DNA from: Candidatus Thorarchaeota archaeon
GTDB taxonomy: Archaea; Asgardarchaeota; Thorarchaeia; Thorarchaeales; Thorarchaeaceae
Direction of reading: 5' to 3'
Assembly (NCBI GenBank): GCA_046758445.1
Contig: JBHIAE010000053.1
Location: 1-19,113 of the forward strand
Length of the DNA stretch: 19,113 bases
The notes below the pieces were generated by a model that was not told where the DNA came from, ran no database searches, and worked only from the letters and a program-made list of their open reading frames with translations. Shown here piece by piece: positions 1-9,689 of this stretch (its first letter is position 1; each line of letters begins with the position of its first letter). The translations under genes were made by a program, and so were the position numbers.

Positions 1-135
1 AATGGAATGAAGTTCAAGCTCCGTGTTCGGAAAGTGGACTTCGAGAACGTGGCCAGGCTCCGGGAGATGGAGGGCATAACTGTGGTGTCAACTCTCGATG
101 AGATTGTTGAGAGAATCACATCCATGCTTGGATGA
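1..135 (+). CDS. 3' end of a gene truncated by the window edge (unknown product)
   Basis: Frame 1 is open from base 1 to TGA at 133-135 (NGMKFKLRVRKVDFENVARLREMEGITVVSTLDEIVERITSMLG*). It is followed by GGGGAGG and the ATG at 149, an operon-like arrangement. Confidence 0.6.
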   Translation, partial: NGMKFKLRVRKVDFENVARLREMEGITVVSTLDEIVERITSMLG

Positions 136-148
136 GTGAGGGGAGGAC

Positions 149-814
149 ATGGGAGAAGCTCTCACTCTTAACGGTGAAAGAGCTGGGTTTGTTAGGGACG
201 CCATCATCGACTGGTATGAGGAAAATGGGCGCGACTTTCCGTGGAGGCGTACTACAAATCCTTTCCAGATTCTGATTGCGGAGATGCTTCTCAGAAGGAC
301 CACCGCAACAGCTGTGGCGAGAGTGTATCCTGAATTCATGCAACGATTCGCCAACCTGGAACAGCTTGCAGGCGCTCGGAAGTCAACGATAGAAAGGTCT
401 CTAAGTAGCGTTGGACTTCAATCAGTCAGAGCATCGCATATGCAGCAGATGGCAAAGAGATTGCTCAAGGACTACCATGGAATAGTCCCGAGAGATCTGG
501 CTGCTCTTGAATCTCTTCCTGGAGTTGGTCGGTACGGTGCTGCAGCAGTCATGAATTTCGCGTTCGCTGCTCCAGAGGCAATGGTGGATGGCAATGTAAT
601 CCATCTCATGAACCGCTTGTTCACACTCGGAGTCACGGACCCAAATACCAAACCAATCTGGGAGTTCATGAGGCATTTTGGTGGTTCACAGGACAAACGA
701 CTATACTGGGGGATAATCGATCTAGTCGCTACAATCTGCTTGAGAAAGATTCCACGCTGCCACGACTGCCCTCTCTCGAAGTATTGCGATTTCTATGCTG
801 TTAATCCCAGATGA
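149..814 (+). CDS. HhH-GPD DNA glycosylase with 4Fe-4S cluster, MIG/MutY family (most like T/U:G mismatch glycosylase MIG)
   Basis: WY..NGRDFPWR start, EMLLRRTTA (MIG-type; MutY has MLQQT), HhH motif LPGVGRY, catalytic VDGNV, and C-terminal C-x6-C-x2-C-x5-C FeS motif. An RBS (GGAGG) lies upstream. Confidence 0.88.
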   Translation: MGEALTLNGERAGFVRDAIIDWYEENGRDFPWRRTTNPFQILIAEMLLRRTTATAVARVYPEFMQRFANLEQLAGARKSTIERSLSSVGLQSVRASHMQQMAKRLLKDYHGIVPRDLAALESLPGVGRYGAAAVMNFAFAAPEAMVDGNVIHLMNRLFTLGVTDPNTKPIWEFMRHFGGSQDKRLYWGIIDLVATICLRKIPRCHDCPLSKYCDFYAVNPR

Positions 815-886
815 TATTGGAGATCAAAATCTTCACGGAAACATTCATGATTGCGTAAATTGCACCAAGACCGAAGTGTCCATGAA

Positions 887-2188
887 ATGAAGGATGAAAC
901 ATCTACTCCTCTACCAGATGGCCTCGAGTTCGGTATCGTGGAATCGGATGAAGAACTCGAAGAACTGATCAAGTTCAATTCATCAATCCACGAGCCGCAT
1001 GAAGGCGAGGAACTCAGAAGAATCATCGAACTGCTTCCGGGATTCAGTAGAGAGATGAACTTCTACATTCGAAACACTGACAGGGACGTCTTTGTTTCCT
1101 CACTCAACGCAATTCCCAGTGTCTGGAGCTATGCAGGCACTCCCTTGCGGAATCTGGAGCTAGGTTTTGTTGGAACATTACCTGAGTATCGAAAACGAGG
1201 GCTTGTAAGAGCTCTGTATCGTGAATTCTTCGAGAAAGAACTGAGAAGCGGCAAGTATGATATCTCCACAATACAGGGCATTCCCTATTATTACCGTCAG
1301 TTTGGGTATGACTTCGTAGTTCCGGCATGGAGGTCAGTCTTTCTAAGGACAGATCAGATTCCCGGTGTTCCCCCAAAGGAGAAGCCATCATGGATGCGTC
1401 TTTCTATTCGTCCGGCAACCAAATCGAATCTTGACTCCATCATCCAACTCTATGAAGAGATGACAAGTCGTACACTCGTTTCATCAATCCGGGATAGGAA
1501 GCTGTGGGAGATTCAAGAAGAACAACGTCGGGAGTACGATAAGGAGTTCACAACTTTCGTGGTGAAGCGAGGGAGGGACGTTGAGGGGTATTTCCGGTTG
1601 GTAGCGAGAGAGAGCGCAACTGACCCAGGGAACGGATTCTTGGACATTATAGAGAACAGCATCCGGTCATATGACGGCGTGAGACGCACCCTACATTTCC
1701 TCAAAGAGCAGTGTAAAGACAAGAGCCTCAATCGAATCGCACTCTCAGGTGCAATAACCTCCAATCTCTCCCGAGTTGGCCTAGACTTTGGTGGGAATTT
1801 GAGTCGTGGATGGAAGCATCAGCTTCTCCTTCCAGACATGGTCCGCTTTCTAAAACGAATTCGTCCCGTACTTCAGAAGCGCCTTCGAAGAACCATGTTT
1901 GAAGGACTCACCCAAGAAGTGACAATCAACACATACAGACATTGCTATGTGTTGGATTTCCAAGGAGGCAAGATAAAGCAAATCAAGGACTTGGGAGTCC
2001 ATGAGGATGGCAAGAACCTCAGCTTCAGGGCGCCGCCTCAGGACTTTGTGCGGCTTCTCCTTGGTCAGTATTCCATTGATGAATTGAGTCAGCAGAACAT
2101 CGACTTCCTCGTTGCTGGTCCAGTCAAGACACTAATCACGACACTATTTCCAAAACAGGAGAGCTTCATAGGCTACTATCACTGCTAG
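887..2188 (+). CDS. GNAT family N-acetyltransferase (Eis-like, tandem GNAT plus C-terminal SCP2-like region)
   Basis: Acetyl-CoA motif VGTLPEYRKRGLVRAL and GIPYYYRQFGY. The ORF is open from TTG 851; ATG 887 is the more likely start. Confidence 0.8.
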   Translation: MKDETSTPLPDGLEFGIVESDEELEELIKFNSSIHEPHEGEELRRIIELLPGFSREMNFYIRNTDRDVFVSSLNAIPSVWSYAGTPLRNLELGFVGTLPEYRKRGLVRALYREFFEKELRSGKYDISTIQGIPYYYRQFGYDFVVPAWRSVFLRTDQIPGVPPKEKPSWMRLSIRPATKSNLDSIIQLYEEMTSRTLVSSIRDRKLWEIQEEQRREYDKEFTTFVVKRGRDVEGYFRLVARESATDPGNGFLDIIENSIRSYDGVRRTLHFLKEQCKDKSLNRIALSGAITSNLSRVGLDFGGNLSRGWKHQLLLPDMVRFLKRIRPVLQKRLRRTMFEGLTQEVTINTYRHCYVLDFQGGKIKQIKDLGVHEDGKNLSFRAPPQDFVRLLLGQYSIDELSQQNIDFLVAGPVKTLITTLFPKQESFIGYYHC

Positions 2189-2200
2189 ACCGAGATCTCT

Positions 2201-2584
2201 CTAGTCCAAGTCTGGAATATCAATCTCAATATTGAACTGAGTCCCACATGGACAAGCTGCTGGAACTTGAAACTTGTCAGGAGTGTCAATATTGATCCTT
2301 GCACCCTGCATCGCGGCACGATCTATCATGGCCTGCATATTTGCTGTCATGTACCTAGCGAAACTCTGGACAAGCTCCGGAATTGAAATGTCATTGATCC
2401 AGTAGACAAAATGAGCGCAGTCAGGATTCGGGCAACTACTCAGTATCACTCGTGTACCATCACCACATGATTTGCATCTCAGGTCAGTGTGGTGATAGTC
2501 AGGAGCGATAGGTGCGGGAAGATCCAAGGCATTCTTGTCGCCGCATCGGTAGCAGAAGTATTCGAAGCGTACTTTGTCCGTCAT
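2201..2584 (-). CDS. Hypothetical multi-Cys zinc-binding protein
   Basis: 127 aa with CYRC, CKSC, CPNPDC and CPC; it fills the gap after the GNAT gene in convergent orientation. Confidence 0.75.
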   Translation of the reverse strand: MTDKVRFEYFCYRCGDKNALDLPAPIAPDYHHTDLRCKSCGDGTRVILSSCPNPDCAHFVYWINDISIPELVQSFARYMTANMQAMIDRAAMQGARINIDTPDKFQVPAACPCGTQFNIEIDIPDLD

Positions 2585-2740
2585 CGTCAGCTCACTAATT
2601 GAGAAGAGCCCCTCGATAAGAAAAGAGTATCTGTGCTCTTGATGGATTCTCTGGCCTGATGAGCTTTGTAGGGCCTAATAAGGCAACATCATAGCCTATC
2701 TCTGAGGATGTGACAGAAAGTGCAAGTCGCAAGCCCAAGC

Positions 2741-2908
2741 ATGAAAATGATTTCGCTGTTTCTGGTCTTCTTGACTGAGAACTTTGAGGCGAAAGCCGCT
2801 CCCTGTGACACTTGCAGCGCTTTGATTCCTCGCTTCGGTAGGGCATTCCACATTGGTGCCAAATGGATTTGTATAGATTGCATAGTCGGACGAATTCATT
2901 CCATCTGA
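2741..2908 (+). CDS. Small putative zinc-ribbon protein (55 aa)
   Basis: Two CxxC pairs (CDTC, WICIDC) in an otherwise unexplained intergenic gap; ATG at 2741. Confidence 0.45.
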   Translation: MKMISLFLVFLTENFEAKAAPCDTCSALIPRFGRAFHIGAKWICIDCIVGRIHSI

Positions 2909-2996
2909 TGCACATCCTGATTCTGTGGAGAAACTAGGCACTGAGCCTAACAGTGAAAAGTAGGTTATGTGCAGTAGAACAGGTCAGGTGAACAAC

Positions 2997-3758
2997 ATGA
3001 AGCGCAGGATTCAACCACATCTCAGAGTTGGAGAGGGTGATGTCGAAAAGATAGTCTTGGTTTCCGGAAACCCTGATAGGGTGCCAACAATAGCATCCAA
3101 GATGAAGGACGAAGAGGAAGTAGCGCGTTATCGAGGATTCGTGACCTACCGAGCCTACACTCCTGGTGGTGTACCCGTCACGATTTCTGGTACTGGAATT
3201 GGTACTCCTTCAACACACATCTGTATTGAAGAATTGGCCAACTTGGGCATGGAAGTTGTCATTCGGGTTGGCTCCTGTGGAGGGATTGATCCAAATGTCA
3301 CTACAGGAGATGTTGTCGTTCCTACTGGGGCCATTCGTGACGAACGTACAAGTCTGAACTATGCACCACTGGAGTATCCGGCGGTCGCCTCTCCGGTTTG
3401 GCACAATGCGCTCTATGATGAGATTGTGAAGCTATTGCCTGCTGACAGAGTCCACAGAGGAATGTGTTGGACGAGTGACGTCTACTATGTGAATCCTGAG
3501 CTGAACCCACTAGACATGTGGACCAAAGCCCAAGTGAAGTGTGTCGAGATGGAGAGTTCTTTCCTGTTCGTGTTCGCATCGACGCGCGGAATTGATGCAG
3601 CATCAATCCTTGCTTGCGACGGCAATCTTCACGGAGCTCAAAAGTCAGAGCAGACCGATGAATCAGAGGAATCCGGAGAACAGGATCCTCTTCTGGTTGA
3701 AGCGGTTGATAAGGAGATACAAGCCACAGTTAGAGCGATTGACAGAATCTATGGATAG
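2997..3758 (+). CDS. Nucleoside phosphorylase, uridine phosphorylase/PNP_UDP_1 family
   Basis: GNPDRV, TGIGTPS..I..EEL, IRVGSCG, GAIRDERTS..YAP.EYPAVA and VEMESS. RBS AGGTGA precedes ATG 2997. Confidence 0.9.
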   Translation: MKRRIQPHLRVGEGDVEKIVLVSGNPDRVPTIASKMKDEEEVARYRGFVTYRAYTPGGVPVTISGTGIGTPSTHICIEELANLGMEVVIRVGSCGGIDPNVTTGDVVVPTGAIRDERTSLNYAPLEYPAVASPVWHNALYDEIVKLLPADRVHRGMCWTSDVYYVNPELNPLDMWTKAQVKCVEMESSFLFVFASTRGIDAASILACDGNLHGAQKSEQTDESEESGEQDPLLVEAVDKEIQATVRAIDRIYG

Positions 3759-3820
3759 AACGAGTCATCAGTTGGAATTCCACATGTTTTTAGTGTAGCA
3801 TGTAGATAATCACATTCACC

Positions 3821-4915
3821 ATGCAGGACACGGGGACAGCCAATGGAAAGCTGAACAAAGCACGCCCGAGAATCACGCTCACACATTTCGCGAAAGTCAG
3901 CAACCCAAGGTCAATACACGGCATATACCCATACAGAGGGAAGATGTCCTCTCTCGATGCAGCCCATGTAATCTCGCAGGTCCCGGCTGATGCCATTCTC
4001 TTGGACCCCTTCTGCGGAACTGGGACAATCGTGTACGAAGCACAGGCTAGAGGCGTGCGTGCCATAGGTGTAGACAACAATCCCCTTGCGTGTGTCATCG
4101 CACGTGGAAAGACTGAACCTTTAGACGTAGCAGAAACGCTAGAGCATCTTGAACAAGCCGCTCTAGCGGCGGAGAGCCTAAGTAGCCCACCAGACATGCC
4201 AGCCTCTCCCGCACGGTATTATCACCCTGAAACAGCCGAGCAGATAATGCGTATGATTGCGGTGTCAGAGGACTTCTCATCCTATGAGCTATCTGCTCTC
4301 TATGGTTCCATTTGTGTTGCAGCGAGGGCCTGCAATGGCTGGACGTGGACTTCCACGTCGATAGGGAGAATAGCCGATTCACTGCGGCCCGTTGACTTCT
4401 ACAAGACGTTAAAGCGAAAGGCGAAGAAACACATCTCTTACGTCAGGGGGCGACCCAAAGCGAAGATCCACCGATATGATACTCGCCGCATCTTTGAGAT
4501 AATCCCTGAGAAGTCGATTGATGTAGTGTACTGTAGCCCTCCTTACTTCGATGCGCTAGACTACACTGGCTACTACACCAAGCTTGTACTAGAAGTCCTA
4601 GGTGAGAGTCGAGCTCGCATAAGAGAGGGCCTCATTCAGAGATTCTCAACCTATAGGGATGACATCAAGTCAGCATTACACGCCGTCGATAGGGTCGTAA
4701 AGGATGATGCTCTCGTTATATTCGTCGTTGGAGACCGAATGGTTCATAGGAAGCTCATCAGGGGGTCGGAATTCTTCGCCGAGATAGCCCCTTGGGAAGG
4801 CTCCTATGTCGTTGAGAGATCGTATTCCGACACCCCAAGCAGGCTGTGGGACAGAATCAACAAGACACAACGAAAAGAACAGGTCATGGTATGGGATCTT
4901 GGCAGTCGAGGATGA
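3821..4915 (+). CDS. Amino (probably N4-cytosine) DNA methyltransferase, alpha-type motif order
   Basis: H.IYPYRGK, then motif I LLDPFCGTGT near the N-terminus, then motif IV CSPPY after a long variable region. Confidence 0.8.
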   Translation: MQDTGTANGKLNKARPRITLTHFAKVSNPRSIHGIYPYRGKMSSLDAAHVISQVPADAILLDPFCGTGTIVYEAQARGVRAIGVDNNPLACVIARGKTEPLDVAETLEHLEQAALAAESLSSPPDMPASPARYYHPETAEQIMRMIAVSEDFSSYELSALYGSICVAARACNGWTWTSTSIGRIADSLRPVDFYKTLKRKAKKHISYVRGRPKAKIHRYDTRRIFEIIPEKSIDVVYCSPPYFDALDYTGYYTKLVLEVLGESRARIREGLIQRFSTYRDDIKSALHAVDRVVKDDALVIFVVGDRMVHRKLIRGSEFFAEIAPWEGSYVVERSYSDTPSRLWDRINKTQRKEQVMVWDLGSRG

Positions 4916-4919
4916 TTGA

Positions 4920-5765
4920 ATGAAGACCAACCATTTAGTGGTAATTGGAGACAGCCGGAAACTGGACCGCGTCTCGGATTCATCTGTTCACCTTGTTGTG
5001 ACTTCCCCACCTTATTGGCGTCTCAAGGACTACGGCGAGGATGTAGGAATAGGTCAGAGTTCAGTATCCTACGATGAGTATATGGCAGATATCTGCTCAG
5101 TGTTCAAAGAATGTGTGAGGACGCTTGTTCCGGACGGCAAACTGATTGTAAACATAATGCCGATTCTTCTAAGCGGAAAGACGTCAAAGTTCAACCGTAG
5201 AGTCACAAAGACAGTCTTGACCGAACTAGAGGGATTCATGACATTACTAGACGACATGTACTTCCACTCGCTCTATATCTGGGACAAAAGGAAGGCCGTT
5301 CGTTTCAGTTCCTGGGGTTCGTATCCCTATCCTCCGAACATCCTTTCGTCATACCCCTATGAATGGATCATCGTATTCTCCAAGAAGGGAAGACATCCAC
5401 CTGTTGACTCAAAGGTCAAAGAAGCCTCCAAGATCAGTCACGAGGAATTTACCAATTGGGCTCAGAACTCAATCTGGGAGTTTCAACCAGCTTCAGCAAA
5501 GGCCGAGGGGCATCCGGCTCCCTTTCCAGAAGAGTTACCACGAAGATGCATTCGGCTCTACTCCTTCCTGGGTGACACGGTTCTTGACCCGTTTGCAGGG
5601 ACAGGCACTACCCTGGCGGCGGCAAGAAGACTTGGCCGCAATTCGATCGGATATGAGATCAATCCAGAATTTGAGAAGCTAATCCGTGCAAAGCTAGGGG
5701 TGGGTGAGGACTGGAACGACGAAGCTACCTTCGAAGTGGCTGTGCGTAGCACTAAATCTAAATAA
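4920..5765 (+). CDS. Amino (N4C/N6A) DNA methyltransferase, beta-type motif order
   Basis: Motif IV VTSPPY is N-terminal; HPAPFPEELP and motif I VLDPFAGTGTT...GYEIN are C-terminal. Confidence 0.9.
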   Translation: MKTNHLVVIGDSRKLDRVSDSSVHLVVTSPPYWRLKDYGEDVGIGQSSVSYDEYMADICSVFKECVRTLVPDGKLIVNIMPILLSGKTSKFNRRVTKTVLTELEGFMTLLDDMYFHSLYIWDKRKAVRFSSWGSYPYPPNILSSYPYEWIIVFSKKGRHPPVDSKVKEASKISHEEFTNWAQNSIWEFQPASAKAEGHPAPFPEELPRRCIRLYSFLGDTVLDPFAGTGTTLAAARRLGRNSIGYEINPEFEKLIRAKLGVGEDWNDEATFEVAVRSTKSK

Positions 5766-5839
5766 AGAGGTCTTCCTTCAACTCTTGTTGCTTCGCTTGT
5801 TTCATTGCTGGAGTTGTTAGAAGGGAGGAATCTTCGCAC

Positions 5840-7060
5840 GTGCCGTATGATGTCATAGTTGTGGGAGCTGGCCCGGCAGGGTCGGTTACTGCACACGACT
5901 GTGCGACAGCAGGCCTGAAGACGCTTCTATTGGAGAAGTTCTCCCTACCGAGAGACAAACCCTGTGGCGGAGCCGTGATGTATAGGGGACTCCGTATATT
6001 GAGGGAGGGAGTCCCAAAAGGCCTAGTTGAACAGAGAGTACACGGCCTGAGATTCACTCTTCCGAAAGGCGAATCTGCGGAGTTCCGATCAGAGAAGCTG
6101 CTTGGAATTACAGTGTTCCGAAACCGCTTTGATGAGTTTCTCGCAAGGAGAGCGGCTACTGCCGGTGCCGAATTCTTAGAGCAGGCAAGAGTAGTGAGTG
6201 CGATCTCGGGCAAAAGAGGAACTACCGTGCAACTGAGTGATGGCAGAGAATTCAGGTCGCAATTCCTAGTAGGCGCTGACGGCGTCAACTCAGTCGTGGC
6301 CAAGTCGCTAGCCCTTCGGCCAGATCGGAAGGACTTGAACCGTGTAGGATTGGGAATGGAGTCTGATTTTCATGTGGGTGCAGAGGGTGTGCTCGAAGCC
6401 ATGAACGGAGACCCTTCCATTCTTTCAATAGTCCCTGCTGAGAACAGGGTTTCATATGGTTGGGTCTTTCCCAAGATGGAGCACCTGTCAGTTGGAATCG
6501 CTGGAGCAGCAGCACATATGCTTTCACTTCGTCCAATGTTTGATGCCTTCTGTAGGAGAATGGAGGAGAAGATAGGAGTCGAGCTGACTGGTGCGAAACG
6601 ACGCACATGCTTTCTTGGTGCCGATGGTGTCGTCAACAAGAACGTCATGGATCGGGTCATGCTCGTGGGTGATGCGGCCGGCTTCGTTGATCCGATGATG
6701 GGAGAGGGCATAGCATATGCAATGAAGTCAGGTGCCTACGCTGCTGAAGTGATTCTGCGAGCACTTGAAGAAGAAAGGCATGAGGAAGGCTTTCTGAAGC
6801 AGTATCAGGACCTCTGTGTCAAGGAGTTCGGTGCCAACTTCAGAATGGCAGAGTGGGCTGGATTGAGAGGAACCTCATTTGCTGAATTCGTTCTAACCAA
6901 GGCTAGTGGTCATCGTCTAGCATCAGAGATTCTAGCGATGCTAGCGAGGGGGGATATAGGCTATTCAGCTATACCTCAGACAATCGTGAAGAGTCTACCA
7001 AGGGAGCTGCCGGATATATTACGTCGCATAGTACAATCGAGGATGGCAAGTTCCTCCTGA
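5840..7060 (+). CDS. Geranylgeranyl reductase family FAD-dependent oxidoreductase
   Basis: YDVIVVGAGPAG, PRDKPCGG, VGADG..S, YGWVFPK and LVGDAAGFVDP..GEGI.YA. Confidence 0.92.
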   Translation: MPYDVIVVGAGPAGSVTAHDCATAGLKTLLLEKFSLPRDKPCGGAVMYRGLRILREGVPKGLVEQRVHGLRFTLPKGESAEFRSEKLLGITVFRNRFDEFLARRAATAGAEFLEQARVVSAISGKRGTTVQLSDGREFRSQFLVGADGVNSVVAKSLALRPDRKDLNRVGLGMESDFHVGAEGVLEAMNGDPSILSIVPAENRVSYGWVFPKMEHLSVGIAGAAAHMLSLRPMFDAFCRRMEEKIGVELTGAKRRTCFLGADGVVNKNVMDRVMLVGDAAGFVDPMMGEGIAYAMKSGAYAAEVILRALEEERHEEGFLKQYQDLCVKEFGANFRMAEWAGLRGTSFAEFVLTKASGHRLASEILAMLARGDIGYSAIPQTIVKSLPRELPDILRRIVQSRMASSS

Positions 7061-7101
7061 AAAGGTTCTTAGGCCGATTCGTGGTTCAGTCATGTCGGAC
7101 C

Positions 7102-8112
7102 ATGAGGCGTTTGCGATATACATGGGTTGTCCTGTTGCTATTCTTCGTCCCGTTTGGAGATGTAGTTGGTCTTCAGACAAGTCACATTCCGACCTTTGAT
7201 GGGACAAACGCCATGATGCATCTCATACAGCAGTGTGACTTTGGACCAAGGCCTCCAGGATCTCACAACCTAACGCTCAGCAGACTCTACATCATCAGTG
7301 TTCTAGAATCATTTGGCTGGCAAGTCACTCTACAGAACTTCACCTACTTGGGTGTGGAGTGCACCAATATTATCGGACGTTGGGGGCATGTGAACAATGC
7401 ATCTGTGATTCTAGGTGCTCATTATGACACGAGACCTCATGCGGATGAAGATCCAGATCCGGCGAACTGGACTCTTCCTGTTCTTGGAGCAAACGACGGT
7501 GCCAGTGGTACTGCGGTGTTGCTTGAGCTTTCACGAGTTCTTCCCGAGTCAGTCCGTTCATCAGTAGAGATTGTCTTCTTTGATGCAGAAGACTCCGGTG
7601 GATTGTCCGGGTGGGATTGGATTCTAGGGTCCACTCACTATGTACAACAGCTAAGTTCCAGCAGAAAAGAGGAGGTTTATGCCATGATCCTTCTTGATAT
7701 GGTGGGAGATGAGAATCTTCGTCTTCTTCGTGAAACCAGTTCGACAAGGTCTCTCCAGGATACTGTTTGGTCTTTGGCTGCTAACATGGGCCACGATGAG
7801 ATCTTCATCGACACATTGGGTGGCGGTGTCTTTGATGACCATTGGCCCTTTTTGGACGCGGGTATCCCTGCACTCAATATAGTCCATCACAACCCCTTCC
7901 CAGCCTATTGGCACACCCTGGAAGATACACCTGACAAGTGCAATGCCACAAGCCTTCAAGTCGTCGGACAGGTTGTCGAAACGTTCATTGTAGATGAGTT
8001 AGATGTTGACACCACATTCTCCCCTAATCCTCCAGACTACATCTCCATAGCACTACTGGTTGTGCCCCCAATCGTGCTGATTGGAGCTATCATGGCAAGT
8101 AGACGCAGATGA
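7102..8112 (+). CDS. Membrane-anchored M28 family Zn peptidase / glutaminyl cyclase-like
   Basis: Signal peptide MRRLRYTWVVLLLFFV; AHYDTRP, GANDGASG, FFDAED, LLDMVG, DDH.PF and YWHT..DT; C-terminal TM helix followed by RRR. Confidence 0.88.
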   Translation: MRRLRYTWVVLLLFFVPFGDVVGLQTSHIPTFDGTNAMMHLIQQCDFGPRPPGSHNLTLSRLYIISVLESFGWQVTLQNFTYLGVECTNIIGRWGHVNNASVILGAHYDTRPHADEDPDPANWTLPVLGANDGASGTAVLLELSRVLPESVRSSVEIVFFDAEDSGGLSGWDWILGSTHYVQQLSSSRKEEVYAMILLDMVGDENLRLLRETSSTRSLQDTVWSLAANMGHDEIFIDTLGGGVFDDHWPFLDAGIPALNIVHHNPFPAYWHTLEDTPDKCNATSLQVVGQVVETFIVDELDVDTTFSPNPPDYISIALLVVPPIVLIGAIMASRRR

Positions 8113-8180
8113 GATATTACACATTTTTAACATGGATAGCACAAATCATTCTTTGAGTACTCATCGTATGGTGTCCTAGC

Positions 8181-9071
8181 ATGAAGAGAAACGTTTTGTT
8201 CAGGCCTACAGGATTGCACGTTCCTCCACTGACCTGTCTATCAGCAGATCCGAAGGGAAAACGTGTTGCCTGCGGAACGTTGGAATCTGAGATCATTCTG
8301 CTCGATGCTACTACCGGCAAGCCCAAGAAACCGTTGAAGGGACACGAGGCGGCGGTTTCAGGAATCGCCTTTACAAGTGAAGGAAAGGGCCTGGTATCAA
8401 CCAGCTGGGATTGCACAACACGAAGATGGACCACAAGGGGAGCACCAAAAGAGAATCCGCTATTACGTCACAGGACACAAGTAAAGGCGCTTGCTGTTCA
8501 TCCTGAGTCGTCCCGTGGTGCGGCAGGGGGACGCGACGGAGAAGTGAAGGTCTTTTCAGTCGCCACCCTGAAGAATCTTCGAAACCTCCAAGCACATAGA
8601 ACTGACATATCAGGACTGGCATTCACCAGCGACGGCACAAGACTTGTGACTGCATCTTGGGATGGTGAGTCGAAACTATTCGACTTGAGCTCCTACAAAC
8701 AGATTCGAAGATTGGCAAAACAGAAGGAGCGTGTCCGGTCCATAGCACTAGCGCCTGACGACACGCGAGTCTTCTTAGGACTCCACAATGGAACAATCCT
8801 GTCAGTGGACACTGAGAGCCCAAGGGACACTCAAGAAATCGCAGGTCATACCGACATTGTGACGTCACTATCCGTTGATCCCTCTGGTGCTTGGCTCGTA
8901 TCTGGGGGATGGGACAGAACGCTCCGAGTATGGTCGTTAGAGTCCGGAAAGAAGGTGGACGAACAACGCCTCCTAACAGGAGTGTCCTCTTTGGCTTGGA
9001 ATGCCAAGAGTTCTCACCTATACTCGGCTGACTACTCTGGCGCCGTCATATCTTGGGACATCACGGAGTAA
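8181..9071 (+). CDS. WD40-repeat beta-propeller protein (about 7 blades)
   Basis: Repeated GH/AH...S.SWD...(W/F)D units, e.g. LKGHEAAVSGIAF, LQAHRTDISGLAF and IAGHTDIVTSLSV..LVSGGWDRTLRVW. Confidence 0.92.
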   Translation: MKRNVLFRPTGLHVPPLTCLSADPKGKRVACGTLESEIILLDATTGKPKKPLKGHEAAVSGIAFTSEGKGLVSTSWDCTTRRWTTRGAPKENPLLRHRTQVKALAVHPESSRGAAGGRDGEVKVFSVATLKNLRNLQAHRTDISGLAFTSDGTRLVTASWDGESKLFDLSSYKQIRRLAKQKERVRSIALAPDDTRVFLGLHNGTILSVDTESPRDTQEIAGHTDIVTSLSVDPSGAWLVSGGWDRTLRVWSLESGKKVDEQRLLTGVSSLAWNAKSSHLYSADYSGAVISWDITE

Positions 9072-9627
9072 CATGACCTACAGATGGCTCTCCCTTGATG
9101 CGAATGTCGATGTTCATGTAACCTTCCTTGTTCCATGTGAGTCTGACTCTCTCGTACTCCCTCGACCCGCCCGCTAGCGCTCTCAGTTGAACAGCTGCCC
9201 GGTTCCTGCTTGGTTTGTCATACGGAATGGGGACCCTCTCTCGTTCCGCAGTCTCGAGAGTCAGTACTTGTTCCTGAATCTTGATAATCGGCTTGGAGAA
9301 GATCATTCTACCATCTCTGAAGACTGGTGCCTTGGCCCTCATGCTCCGAACCGTCTTGGCCATTCTACGATGCCTTTGTATCTCAGACCATGCTGTCTTG
9401 ACAACATCTCTAAGATACTGCTCTCGCTTGTCAAAACGGGTCACAAATTCTTCCTTCACCTTCTCCAGTACCTTCTTTCCGGACGGGATGTGATCTCTAA
9501 GAATAGTCTTGATGACGAAATTGGTGGCTGAGACGTATCTCTCGAACTCTACGTCAATCTTATCCTGCTTCTCTCGGGTGAGTGTGACGCTCGTTAGTTT
9601 GACAATCTCAGTTTCCTCTTCAGTCAT
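9061..9627 (-). CDS. Basic protein resembling the N-terminal WED/REC lobe of TnpB/Cas12f, with no RuvC domain
   Basis: By-eye pattern: FERYVSATNFVI helix, K/R-rich helical REC, P-x-F (KAPVFR), and beta strands LTLET..RVPIPY and VRLTW..GYMNIDIRI. It ends where RuvC-I (GxDxG) would begin. The CDS is solid; the family call is an inference. Confidence 0.6.
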   Translation of the reverse strand: MTEEETEIVKLTSVTLTREKQDKIDVEFERYVSATNFVIKTILRDHIPSGKKVLEKVKEEFVTRFDKREQYLRDVVKTAWSEIQRHRRMAKTVRSMRAKAPVFRDGRMIFSKPIIKIQEQVLTLETAERERVPIPYDKPSRNRAAVQLRALAGGSREYERVRLTWNKEGYMNIDIRIKGEPSVGHVTP

Positions 9628-9689
9628 AAGACTACACGCTTCGCGGACAAATCCAGTTCCGCCTAATCAATCTAGCCTCATGAGGGTCT

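Noticed and set aside
2655-2800. Hammerhead-like CTGATGA ... GAAA
   Set aside because: The adjacent stem is not followed by GAAA, and no stem III/UH site can be built.
149-5765. Functional link between the MIG glycosylase and the methyltransferases
   Set aside because: MIG counters 5mC deamination, but both MTases have SPPY amino-MTase motifs rather than the C5 PC motif, and they lie 3 kb away.
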